Positions 1 to 48,313 of a stretch of DNA of 64,000 bases are shown piece by piece (the stretch's first letter is position 1; every line of letters begins with the position of its first letter). Location of the stretch: the NCBI GenBank assembly GCA_965153355.1, contig OZ231126.1:27962001-28026000 (forward strand). Direction: 5' to 3'. The notes under the pieces are model-generated. The model did no database searches. It had not been told where the DNA came from and was given only the letters and a program-made list of their open reading frames with translations. The position numbers were made by a program, and so were the translations under genes. The DNA is from Flaccisagitta enflata (lineage: Eukaryota).

Positions 1-875
1 CAACCTTTTCCTCCTGAGAATATACTGTCTTTTTGCCCCCATTTGACAGTCATCGTACTGTGATTCTCGTCGTGTTCTCTTCAAATAACGGTGATTGAAC
101 TTGTTTTTAGTTGCGTACACGTCCGTCGTCCGTCGGTCTGTCCGTCGGCCCATTGGTCCGTCAGCACGAGTCAAAAGTGGGAAAACGATCATTTTAAAAG
201 CTTTTTGGGCAGCGGTCCCGAATGGGACAAAGTCCTGTAGAACACAGGGGGAATCTGTCCGTCCGTCCGTCTTTCCGTACGTCCGTTCCCCCCCCCTGCC
301 CCATCCTCAGGGCTTTCTCCTTTGGGGCCCAAATCCAAACTGCATGGCCCAAATCCAAGCAAAATAGCCTAAATCCAAGCAAAATGGTCCAAGTCTGGCT
401 AGAAAACCTGAATTATGGTCCAAGTTATATCATTTGGCCCCTTTAACCTATTTCTGGCTTCTGATACCTAGATTCCGGCTTCTAAAACCCACATCCTAGC
501 CTTAGAGACCCAGACCTTGACCTCTGGGACTCTGATTCTGGCCTCATAGACCCAAATCCTGGCCTCAGAGACTTAAATCCCTGCTCCCAGACCAAGAAGA
601 GAACCAGTAAGAGAAAGAGATACGATAAATTTGCAATGTGTGTGTAGTGAATACCTTTCCATGGGCAGGTACATCTGTCTGTTTGTCGGTAAAACGATTT
701 CTTTGGTGAATCGATATTGGACAAAAAAAAAAAAAAGATTGCTTGGCACTGTTTTACCTTGCCTTGTTTTTGTTGTCACTTGTCTCTGTGTAGCAAACTG
801 TCTTCTATTAGACCACTGTCCTCCATTAGCCTGTCCCTTTCTATCCGATTGTCTGTCTGCCTATCATACTTTTCA

Positions 876-3250
876 GTCTATCTATCAAACTGTCTATCAA
901 GGTGTCTGTCTATCAAAGTGTCTGTCTATCAAAGTTTCTGTCTATTAAAGTGTCTGTCTATCAAAGTGTCTGTCTATCAAAGTGTCTGTCTATCAAAGTG
1001 TCTGTCTACCAAAGTGTCTGTCTACCAAAGTGTCTGTCTATCAAAGTGTCTGTCTATCAAAGTGTCTGTCTATCAAAGTGTCTGTCTATCAAAGTGTATG
1101 TCTATCAAAGTGTCTGTCTATCAAAGTGTCTGTCTATCAAAGTGTCTGTCTATCAAAGTGTCTGTCTATCAAAGTGTCTGTCTATCAAAGTGTCTGTCTA
1201 TCAAAGTGTCTGTCTATCAAAGTGTCTGTCTATCAAAGTGTCTGTCTATCAAAGTGTCTGTCTATCAAAGTGTCTGTCTATCAAAGTGTCTGTCTATCAA
1301 AGTGTCTGTCTATCAAAGGGTCTGTCTTTCAAAGTGTCTGTCTTTCAAAGTGTCTGTCTATTAAACTGTCTGTCTATCACACTGTCTGTCTATCAAACTG
1401 TCTGTCTATCAAACTGTCTGTCTATCAAACTGTCTGTCTATCAAACTGTCTGTCTATTAAACTGTCTGTCTATCCAACTGTCTGTCTATCCAACTGTCTG
1501 TCTATCCAACTGTCTGTCTATCCAACTGTCTGTTTATCCAACTGTCTGTCTACCCAACTGTCTGTCTACCCAACTGTCTGTCTACCCAACTGTCTGTCTA
1601 CCCAACTGTCTGTCTACCCAACTGTCTGTCTACCCAACTGTCTGTCTACCCAACTGTCTGTCTACCCAACTGTCTGTCTACCCAACTGTCTGTCTACCCA
1701 ACTGTCTGTCTACCCAACTGTCTGTCTACCCAACTGTCTGTCTACCCAACTGTCTGTCTACCCAACTGTCTGTCTACCCAACTGTCTGTCTACCCAACTG
1801 TCTGTCTACCCAACTGTCTGTCTACCCAACTGTCTGTCTATTAAACTGTCTGTCTATTAAACTGTCTGTCTATCAAACTGTCTGTCTATCAAACTGTCTG
1901 TCTATCAAACTGTCTGTCTATCAAACTGTCTGTCTATCAAACTGTCTGTCTATCAAACTGTCTGTCTATCAAACTGTCTGTCTATCAAACTGTCTGTCTA
2001 TCAAACTGTCTGTCTATCCAACTGTCTGTCTATCCAACTGTCTGTCTATCCAACTGTCTGTCTATCCAACTGTCTGTCTATCCAACTGTCTGTCTATCCA
2101 ACTGTCTGTCTATCCAACTGTCTGTCTATCCAACTGTCTGTCTATCCAACTGTCTGTCTATCCAACTGTCTGTCTATCCAACTGTCTGTCTATCCAACTG
2201 TCTGTCTATCCAACTGTCTGTCTATCCAACTGTCTGTCTATCCAACTGTCTGTCTATCCAACTGTCTGTCTATCCAACTGTCTGTCTATCCAACTGTCTG
2301 TCTATCCAACTGTCTGTCTATCCAACTGTCTGTCTATCCAACTGTCTGTCTATCCAACTGTCTGTCTATCCACCTGTCTGTCTACCCAACTGTCTGTCTA
2401 CCCAACTGTCTGTCTACCCAACTGTCTGTCTACCCAACTGTCTGTCTCTCCAACTGTCTGTCTCTCCAACTGTCTGTCTACCCAACTGTCTGTCTACCCA
2501 ACTGTCTGTCTACCCAACTGTCTGTCTACCCAACTGTCTGTCTACCCAACTGTCTGTCTACCAACTGTCTGTCTACCCAACTGTCTGTCTACCCAACTGT
2601 CTGTCTACCCAACTGTCTGTCTACCCAACTGTCTGTCTACCCAACTGTCTGTCTACCCAACTGTCTGTCTACCCAACTGTCTGTCTACCCAACTGTCTGT
2701 CTACCCAACTGTCTGTCTACCCAACTGTCTGTCTACCCAACTGTCTGTCTACCCAACTGTCTGTCTATCCAACTGTCTGTCTATCCAACTGTCTGTCTAT
2801 CCAACTGTCTGTCTATCCAACTGTCTGTCTATCCAAATGTCTGTCTATCCAAATGTCTGTCTATCCAAATGTCTGCCTATCCAAATGTCTGCCTATCCAA
2901 ATGTCTGTCTGTCCAAATGTCTGTCTATCCAAATGTCTGTCTATCCAAATGTCTGTCTATCCAAATGTCTGTCTATCCAAATGTCTGTCTATCCAACTGT
3001 CTGTCTATCCAACTGTCTGTCTATCCAACTGTCTGTCTATCCAACTGTCTGTCTATCCAACTGTCTGTCTATCCAACTGTCTGTCTATCCAACTGTCTGT
3101 CTATCCAACTGTCTGTCTATCCAACTGTCTGTCTATCCAACTGTCTGTCTATCCAACTGTCTGTCTATCCAACTGTCTGTCTATCCAACTGTCTGTCTAT
3201 CCAACTGTCTGTCTATCCAACTGTCTGTCTATTCAACTGTCTGTCTATCA
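876..3250. repeat. 16-bp minisatellite (CTGTCTGTCTATCCAA and variants), ~2.4 kb
   Basis: Directly visible tandem array with blocks of unit variants. Confidence 0.97.
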
Positions 3251-4198
3251 ATCTCTATCAGAATTTCTTTCTTTGTCTATGCGATTTTCCACCTGACTTG
3301 CTATGTTTATCAGGCTGTTTTTCTTTGTCTATCGGACTCTTTGTCTATCACACTCTTTCTCTCTCTCCTATGAGTAATAAACGCTCTTCTCTCTCTTTTT
3401 TTCCCCGATTTTGTCACATCAGAGGTGTCAATGTTCGTCCTCTAATTTCCTTTATACGTTGTCATTTACCTTTTTATGTCTACTCCAGACTCTGAAGTCT
3501 GGACGTTTTGCTTCTCTCAGACTTAATCATCACCTCCTGAGTACGTACTTTTTAGTTGCGGACACGCAACTCTATAAGAGGCTTTGTCCGTCCGTCGGTC
3601 CGTCGGTCCGTGGTGATCGAGTTGGAAAGTGTGAAAGCGCGCTTTTCCGCCCCTGCCCACCCGTCCGCAACTGGTATTGGCCGTGTATCCGGCCTTGTTC
3701 TTTCTCGGTCGAATGTTTTTTGTATCATTTTCATGGTTATTTGAGTTATTAGTCGCAGACTCGCGACCCTATAAGAGGTATTAGAGTCGAAAAGGGTGAA
3801 GACGCTGATTTTGGATGCTGTAATTGTGAATGTGTGTGGGTGTTGGTGTGTGTAGGATCGGGGGGTGGGGGTGGTTGTACCCCTCTACCTACCCGTCCGC
3901 AACGCTATAGTTACCCCAGGTTAATTGATGTGAAGGAATTTGTGTAATTTGTCATTAGAGAGAATGAAGGCTTGTAAATGGGAAGGACGACGTTGTGTGG
4001 ATCACTTCAAATGTCCTCAGTCGAGTTTTGGAACGGTGGTACGGACACACTCATACATTGATGTACGGAGAAAGGCAAGTAGGAAGGAGAGCCCCTTTTA
4101 TACGCTGACGCATGTGAAAGCGATGACAAAAAGAAAGGATGACGATGATGGAACGGATGAAAGAAAAACACCGGTCTCCCCTGTTTGTTTATCTTTAG

Positions 4199-26395
<22,197 letters not shown>

Positions 26396-26431
26396 CTACA
26401 CCCAGTCACCCACTCAATCACACTACCTGCG

Positions 26432-26504
<73 letters not shown>

Positions 26505-27087
26505 ACTCACTCACTCACTCACTCACTCACTCACTCACTCACTCACTCACTCTCACACTCTCACTCACTCTGTTGGCGTCAAAGCTCATATCCCACGATC
26601 ATATCTGAGATTTCGAGTTTATCTCATTCACTTAATTTGCAGAGTAGCATCGTTATCACTCCGTCTATCCTACCGCAGATATCACCGTTACCGACTCTTT
26701 ATCAGTTGTTTGATTTCCTCTTAGTCTTCTTTCCTTCTTTCGCTCTGATCTGCCTCCCTTTCTTCTTTCCTTAGAACTCATCCATCGCATTTCCGTCCGT
26801 GGCTATACTGAGTACGATGTATGATTCTTCTCTCTGAACGAGACATTAAGCGATTCGTAGCTATTTCGGTTTAAGATCTACTTAGTACTTAGATGATCGA
26901 AAAATGGCTACATTTTCATTAATGGTCTGCTATCTTCCGGTCTTTCATTAGCCCTTCTTAATCTCGTCTCCTTCCTCCCCTTCCCCCCCCCCCCTTTCCC
27001 ATTTTTCTGCTCTTTTCCCCTCGGTCTTTAATACTCTTGTCTCGTCCCTGCGCACATTTCTGCCTCCCTACCCATTTGGGAACTATT

Positions 27088-27155
<68 letters not shown>

Positions 27156-27159
27156 TCCT

Positions 27160-27227
<68 letters not shown>

Positions 27228-29620
27228 TTTTTCTAGACCTTCTTGCCCTCCTTTCTTCCTTCCAGTCTTCTCTCTAGCTTCTCTAGCTAACCTTTCACTG
27301 GGAGAGTCTCTCTCAGAATATTGTCGAAATTTCTTCTCCTCTCAGTCATTGGACAAAATAGTCAAGTATCATTGCTTTTGTTTTTGAATGATCAAATATT
27401 GATAAGTTAAAACGAAGTTTTGAATTGATTTCAGTAATGTATAAGTTTTAACACATATCTATTTTACATACAAGGTTAGCCTCTTGTTCATTGATTGGGA
27501 ATAATCTGGATAATCTGCGTATGTCGGTGGCCACCTAACAAATCAGCTTATCATTAACTTCACGAATAGTATCTCGTAAATCCATAGTGTTTTTGAATTT
27601 TTCCTTGGTTTTTTCATGGCGAAATACAATCATAGATGGTGAATAGTTCTCGCGATGATCTTTCCACTGGTCAAATGCTTACATGAGGACGTTCCTTAAA
27701 AAAAATCCAACTCTTTCGCATTGTAAGAATTTTCTAAGATGTGATTAGATTTCAAACCTGTTGATCAAAAGATGCTCTGGCTAGTCACATTCGTCGTTGG
27801 CATCCCGTTTGTCCTTTGCTCCTCTAGTCACTCGGTCCTCATTTTCAGCATATGTTTCCAATCAAAATTTGTTTCTTATAATCAAAATGCAGGACAGCTT
27901 AAAATTGTACTTTGTGATCGATTGAAAGATTTTACAATCTCGCTAAAAAATGATAAATTGTTTCAACGATCATCGTTGAGAAATCATTCCTCGTTGTTTT
28001 GTCTATAGATATATTGTCTGTTTGCGTGATGACACAATAGAGAACTATTGATATAATTTCTTCTTTTAATGAAGTGATATTTTTATCGTTCATTTGCTTC
28101 ATAGCTTTTGTACTGAAATAAAACTTTGTCTATCGAATTTCTCTTTATTTTTGATAATCGCCGCGTTAACCATCAGGAAAAGGTGCGGAACATTAGCTCA
28201 GTGAACAATAACTTCAACAGTCTCCATCGCTTTTACACAATGCTCTGTCAGGTGTGTCAAATATGGGTGATGACTGAATTTGAGACCATAATGCTGACGC
28301 AAGATGGGGCTGTTTATTTTAAAACGATCACCGTTTCTCTTTTTCCAAAATTCTATCGGCAACCGTTTTTTTTTCACGATCGAAATTTAATGCAATGTCT
28401 GCACTCTCGTTTGCCAAAAAACAAATTCATTAATCAAAAGAGACTATTTTAGTATTTCATTGAAGTTGTTATGATTAACTCAGACGCTTTTCTGTGAAGC
28501 TTTAAAGTGGATAGCAGCATATAAAAGTAATTGGAATGCCCCACTATACAAGGCAAAGGATGATAAGTCGATAACGTTAATACAACGTTTTGCAAATTAG
28601 GGGCAAAAGGGCTTTTGGAAAAAATGGAAGATGACCGAAATTTAAAAAAAAGAAAAACGGTGAGGGCATTCAATTGAGTAACCCCATGATGCCTTAGCGT
28701 TATACACTCAGGGATTAATTTTTTGCATATTGACACACCCGAATGCTCTGCTGCGGCTGACGAGCGTGATTAGAAAGATAAATATCGGTGATAATTATTT
28801 AAACTTTAACAGGATGTTTCAAAAAATCGAAGGGTACTGGGAAGAATTCAAGAAGTTCAAGGGACGTCAACAATAATATTTAAGAGAACAACGAAATTAT
28901 GAATAGAATGGAAACTTTAACATGAACAGGCATTCTCCAATGGGAGATTGAATCACAAGTATAAGGTCTAATTCCCAGACTTAAAAACAACGCCGGATAC
29001 GCGCCCAATAAATAGTCGCTTGCGAGTGGGCAGGCAGTGGCTTTATTGTAGCTGGGCAGGGCCAGTAATACTCAGAACTGACATTTCCAGCAAATTTCGC
29101 GTCCTCCCAATTTTCCGGTGACGGATGGACGGACCTACCTACGGACAGCGACTAAAAAGAAAAAAATAAACCCACCCTAATTTTTTGCACTGAGGTCTAA
29201 AAAGAGAGTAGAATCGGATATCTTCATCCTGGGTTTGAAGCGTGTAGCGACATATTTTTCCATGATCTCTCAGCGATGTATTACTTACATGTGTTATTTA
29301 CATGTACATAATGTATCAGTACAGAAAGACAAAAAAATCAACGGAAAATGCTTAAAGGGGCTTTTTGAAATTTTGCTTTCAAATAGTTAAATTGGTAGTG
29401 ATGACGGGGTGATTTGGGGTGTCGGGTACATATTTATTTTTCGTGGTGGTAGGATCTGGGGCAGTCAGTATGTGGATTGGTGGTGATGGCGGTGTCATTT
29501 GTGGGTGACAGCTCTTCAATTTTTCGTAGCGGTGGGGTGTTAGCCTACTTGAAGGCTGTGGGTCAAGGTTTAATCTTCGCCGTCTGGAAAGATTCATTTG
29601 CGTCGCGTTCGCGGCATATT

Positions 29621-42216
<12,596 letters not shown>

Positions 42217-44469
42217 AACGCAGATTTAGTTATGGACAATCGGCAGTGGATGTTGATTTATACATTGTTATTACAAATGGATCGTTTTTAACGCTTTAAG
42301 TCCTTATTTGTGTTGCTAATTCAAGCAACCTTCTTCGCGACAACTAGAAAGTGGGAAATTTCCACTGCTCGGATCGGTAACAACAACAACGGCCAATGCC
42401 ATGTCAGCAATGGGATTTCCCGATGAGGAAGTTTCATTTTATTAAGATTCTTCTTTTTCTCAATACAACTCGCATGCAAGCGGCTTTTTCCGTAAGCAGG
42501 CTCGTCTGTCGGTCGCTAAATCGCTATTTAGAGGAAGTTTTTTGGCATCATTGGCCCTGTCCAATTGCTCAAGAGCGCATTTTAAGCTTTTTAAGGAACT
42601 GGATAAAACATTTTTGTGTGTGAATTTGTATTCTCGCCAATCAAGAACAAGGCCAAGTAGGCCAAAAAGGTGCGACGTGTGGATCGTCGAACGAATGCGT
42701 TACCAACCGACCGACCAACGGGCACAGCTAGTTATAGAGGTGATTTGTCGCACCTAAAAAACGACCATTATTTAGTGGACATAAAATCCTATGCATAAAA
42801 GGCAAGCACGCTCCTCTGCACGTCAGTGATGGCCTTGTTTCAAGCTATAATAGTTGGCGTCCAATTAAAATTTTTTTTTTGAATTCTGACAGGTAACTAC
42901 GTCAAAAGATTGTCAAATTTCCAAATTCTCTTGTGGAATTAAACAATCAGAAGACAAAATGATATTGACACAAAATTACCAGCAATGGCGGCTATCGCCG
43001 TGAGGAAAAAAGTCCTAAGCATTGGCATTTGCTAGTTTCCACCAAGTTTTTGATAGAATTAATCCATAGCAATTGTATGTATTGATTGCACTAAAAATCA
43101 GATAACAAGGCCGGATACACGGCCACCAGTTGCGGACGGGTGGGCAGGGGAGGAAATGCAACTGTCCACCACTAAAAATGTTCTAAAACGCTTATTTTCC
43201 CACTTTTCGACTCTTGCTGATGGATAGACGGACCAACGGATAGACCAGCAGATGGATGGATGGACAAAGCCTCTTATAGAGTTACGTGTCCGCAACTAAA
43301 AATAGGATTGAGCCAAATGAGCAAGATGAACTAAAATGCTCCAAATCACTCATAAAGATGACCAGCTATATTCACTGACATGCATTCTTGTATTTGCATG
43401 CTTAAAAATGAATCATTTTATTTATCGCATTCAAATGAGAAAAAAAATCCTTTTTTGATCCTATATAAAATCATGAAAATTTAAAAAAAATTTATTTGAA
43501 TTTTTCATAAATAAATCTTTAAAAAATCATAACTCAAAAAATAACAATGGCAAAGAAAAAAACTAGACGCAATCTTTTGACTGTTGATTGCATCCTAATC
43601 AAAAATGCTAGAAGCTTTTAATCCATGACGGTTTGAAAGAGCTTCAAAAAATCTTTCTTTTGAGCTCCTTCTGATCATTCTAGCATAAAAACTTTGGAAG
43701 TTATGACAATTTAAAGATATCCACTAAAAAACCTCAAATCTTGCTTCCATCATTTTTATAGTAACCACCTTTGTATAGATACAGCTTGTAAACGAAGCAA
43801 AATCATGAATTCTGCTTGGTTCCATCTTGTAGAGAATTAAAAATACTTCATTTTCACCTTTGATTTCGTATCATTTATTTCAATTTTCCATTTTACAGAA
43901 TATGTAAGACAAAAAGTGCCATATTTTCGGCGCTGAAATCTGCTCAATCTGGCAATCAGGAATTTGAGTACTGAACTTCAAACTTATGTCATTTCCAAAC
44001 GAATTGAGCAAAAAATCTCTGCTTGGTCTAGATTTGTAGAGTTTTCAAAGCTCTTTTATATGCTCATGGATTTTAAGCAAAAAGTATATGTGGTTTACAA
44101 GTTATTAAGACATATTGAGCGTCTAATTTTTATTTTTGCCATTGTTATTGTCATAGAGGATTTTGCTTTTTGCCAAATGAACGAAAATTATCAAATTTTA
44201 AAATTCACTTACCTTATCAATTTCATTGGAGGCCCCAATCGATTGATAAAGTTCCTAAACTTCTTAATAGGAAAATGAAAACCATGTTTCTCTGGAAGAC
44301 TCACTTCAACTTTTTCCCGATAAAACATCAAGTTCTATTTGGTTTATCATTGTTTTGTGTTCATTGAAATTGGTTAGTCAGAGTAAATTCTAGTCAACAC
44401 AAATTTTCTTTACACTATGTAAACAATTCATTTTTACAAAAATGACAAAAAATTTTGATAATTACAGGG

Positions 44470-46974
44470 CAGCTGGTTATCCTATAATTCTTACGATCCT
44501 AGAATTGTGGGTTAGAAGGGTTACGATTGTAGGTTTTCTAGACTCTTTTACAATGGGAAAATGGGTTTTTCCTTCATAACCCAAAAAGTGCTAAATCGAT
44601 TTTTTTCATTTCTTGGTTCAAGAATGATAGTGGGACCACTAACCTTTGCCAAACGGAATTGTCATCGCCACTCTTCTATAAATAGGTGAAATATGACGAT
44701 GAATGTGGCTTTCTACAATGCTTACGATTCTAGGTTTTCTTGCCTAGAAAGCTTACAATTCTAGAAACTTGCATAGAAAGCTTACAATTCTAGGTCTTTT
44801 ATGACTTTGTCTCTCAATGAAATGTGAAACTACCATAAGTTGATCTTTTGCTCATGATTCAATATTTTGCTCATTATTTTAGTCACTTACTATGAGAGGG
44901 TGTCTTGTTAGGCCTATTTTCAGGTCCACAAAACGGTAACTCGAATTTTTGTCTGACATGAAAAGGAAAAAAAAAATGATTTGATGCCCAACCACAAATC
45001 CTTAGACCCTGATTCCTCCAAGTCTCTTTGGCAATGAATCTTTCAAAAAATAGATATCAAAAGCACAGTAGTATCCCACACTAACATATGTCAAAGGACC
45101 AGGGGTATATATGATTGAGTGGCTTTTGATTTTCCCCCCTGCCTTTGATTTTCTTCCCCGCGACACATTGAGTCGCATTTTAAAATGGATGATTTTCTTC
45201 CCCATAAGGCATTGAAACAGTGTAGTTAAGGTTTAAATAGTGTTTAACTGTGTTTTACTGATCAGTATTTATGATTTGGTACTGCCAAAAATTATATTTC
45301 TTATTGAAGCACAAACATAATTGTAGGCAAAAACAAAAATGCAAATCAGTATGAAAGTTAAAATCAGAGTACAATGGGAATATGGGAGAGAGGGTGTAAA
45401 AAAAGGAATCAAAGGCGATAAATGGGAAAATTATAAATACTATATTTTTTCTAAAAAGCACCCTGGGCGCTTTTGAAATAAAAATATGATTTTGCTTTTT
45501 AACCCTCTTATTAGCGCCCCTTTTATATTGTAGATGAAGTGTCCTTGAGTCTATCTTATTCATGAAAGGCTACCAAAATGCTAAATTTGACTCAAAATGG
45601 AGATATTCATTGCATATATCTGTTTGAAAGTCTTTGAAAATGGCTCATTGTCTTATATAATTTCATCATTTTATTCAATATTTCTGTCCAAATCTCTTCT
45701 GAAAAGTGTAATACTGAGAAAAAAAAGAGGGGAGCGCTTTTTGGAGGGGGGGCGCTTTTTAAAAAAATAGGGTAGGGCAGCTGTGCATATGATCTTGTTT
45801 CCGATGTTTGATATGTTTAATCAAGTGATGATCAAATCTAAAATAAGCTATAACACCAATTCCATTTCTAATGCGCCACAACCTACATCCTTTTAACAAA
45901 AACTAGTGTTTCATGACGTGGAAAACCTTGATGAGGTTGGAAGCTTGAACAATGAAACTTGCTCTTAGAATTGATCTTTGCCATCCTGTCATTCCATCCG
46001 TCTTTTTGCCTCTTTTTGTTTTGGTTGGTCTCTGGCTTTGTTCAACTTTGGGCGTGTTTCTAGTAACAGCCAAAAACGCATTTGTCCCTGTTTAACGCGT
46101 TCACAGTGTGAACACATTTTATTAATTCAAACCATCCCACGAGGGAGTGAGCAAAGTGAGTGAGCGAGCCCGTGAACAGTCTGTATACTCGTAAACTCTG
46201 CAAAAATGCAAAAAAAGACGTAGTAATATCATTCTTGTCTCAAACCTTATGTGAGACAGCAGTGTTTTTGTTGCAAATTTCATAGATGCAATAAATCATT
46301 CGAGTTGAAAATTGAAAAGCTAGGCCTGGTAAAGCCCAAGAAGAGCGCCTCATTTGCAAAATTGACAGACTAACCGACCAACCAATTGCCCAACTAGGGG
46401 ACCTGTCAACGGATACATCAATAGTGACACCCTCGTAAATATGCAGGAGGACGCACATAGAAAGGAGGCTACTTCATCCATCTGCAAGTAGAGGGGCATA
46501 TGGGGCAAATGACTCTGAGTCCGAGTATAAGCATTCAGGCGGGAGCAATAATTTGAAAAAGCCTGATGCCATGCATAAAAATATTTCTCTCTCTGAAATT
46601 GGGGCCCACCAATCCATGGACTAACCTGTGGGTAATGAATCACAGAAGACCTAGAATCATAAGCTTTCTATGCAAGTTTCTAGAATTGTAAGCTTTCTAA
46701 GCAAGAAAACCTAGAATCGTAAGCATTGTAGAAAGCCACATTCATCATCACATTTCACCTATTTATAGAAGAGTGGCAATGACAATTTCTTTTGGCAAAG
46801 GTAAGTGGTCTCATTATTGATATTGACCCAAGAAATGAAAAAAATCGATTTAGCACTTTTTGGGTAATGAAGGAAAAATACATTTTCCCATTGTAAAAGA
46901 GTCTAGAAAACCTACAATTGTAACCCTTCTAACCCACAAATCTAGGATCGTAAGAATTATAGGATAACCAGCTG
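44470..46974. mobile_element. Non-autonomous DNA transposon with ~330-bp TIRs and 5-bp TSD
   Basis: caggg|cagctggttatcctataattcttacgatcc... (44470-~44800) mirrored at ~46645-46974|caggg. Confidence 0.85.
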
Positions 46975-47172
46975 CAGGGTGTTTCAAACTAAATGGAATA
47001 AAACAAAACATATGTTTCTTCTTAAGTTCTTAAGCGCCTGCTACGCGACTTTACACGGAAGAAATTTCGAAGACGATACTGATCTTTTGTTTTTATCGGG
47101 TTTTCCCGTTTGGACGAAGCTTTAATTCGAGTAGATTTGGGTTGAAATGTATTTAAACCAGCTCTCACCTGG

Positions 47173-47256
47173 CCCTAACGGCTAGCCCTGACCCTAACCC
47201 TAAAACCACCCCCAACCCCAACCTTAACCCTACCCCTAACCCTACCCCTAACCCTA
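47173..47256. repeat. Degenerate interstitial (CCCTAA)n telomere-like tract
   Basis: ccctaa/ccctac/ccctga hexamers. Confidence 0.65.
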
Positions 47257-48313
47257 AATAAAAACCCGCTTAGAAAGTCAGTGAAACAAAAGACATCGCC
47301 GATTTCGAAATCAGTACCCTTTACACCCCGCTTTGTCCATCTGTGGATCTGTTGGTCAATCACATTTTTTGACATTTTTATGGTGTTTTTCCTCACTGAG
47401 CCTGCTCTAGTGACTCTAGTGACTTCAAATAAGGCCCCTGCCCACCCAATCGCGACTTGGGTAGCCGTGTATCCGGCTTTGCTTTACCAATGTCCTAAGA
47501 ATTATTAGAAAAACCCTTTAATGAGATTGAAATTACAAAATCGCCGGTAAAGACTGTACTCAAAGCATGTTTTTCTGCGGTCCAGTTTAAAACAGAAGTT
47601 TACAGTAAGATATTTGTAACATTAAGACGGGTTTGTCCCCTAACTGAGAGAAAAACCAGTCTTTCTTGTTTCGGTCCTTGAGACCATCAATTAGAAAAAT
47701 GTATGATCCGGAACGTTGAGTTTTGACTTGATCAGTGGGAGATTGGGACGCTAGAGAATCGCTTTAGAAAGAGAGCTTTTGTCCGTCGCTCAGGCCGTTC
47801 CTCGATCCTTACACATGTAAAACTGGAATATTCTAACGAAGCCCTCAAGGATGAAAACAAAACAATTTTATACAAAAACAAAATCTTACCGAATTTTTAT
47901 TCAATAATGAATTTCAAGGATGTCTAAATGATGATAAATGAATGCACGCTCACTCAATTATGATGGGTAACTTATTCGCAAGAGCGTCTGCGTTTGTTTT
48001 TGTGACGTGTATCCTAACGCGTGTCCATCCTTCGCGCGCAATCAACAGCACAAGGTGCGCCAAAATCGTTGAAAGTAGGCCATTTTGTCATTAAATCTAA
48101 AATTGTTGTTTTGTATTATTTTGAAATGGTATTTTGATGCAATTGCATTTTTAATATAATTTTGAAGTGATTTCTTCTTATATCAAATTTGTATTTGTGT
48201 TAAATAATCATGTAATATATAAATTTTTTTAGATAAACAATTATATTTCAATGACACTTTCAGTTTTTGTAGAACTATTTTATCTTTTATGTTATATACT
48301 TTTTTTGAGGTAA

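Noticed and set aside
876-3250. CRISPR-like regular array
   Set aside because: Contiguous tandem units with no unique spacers, no cas genes, eukaryotic context.
717-3495. Long ORFs up to 823 aa (SVYPTVCLSNCLSIQL repeats)
   Set aside because: Translation of a 16-bp minisatellite that is open in several frames; no coding signal.
1-4198. First coding exon of rdgB (MLIKEY-like)
   Set aside because: No matching sequence found by eye; presumably upstream of the window.
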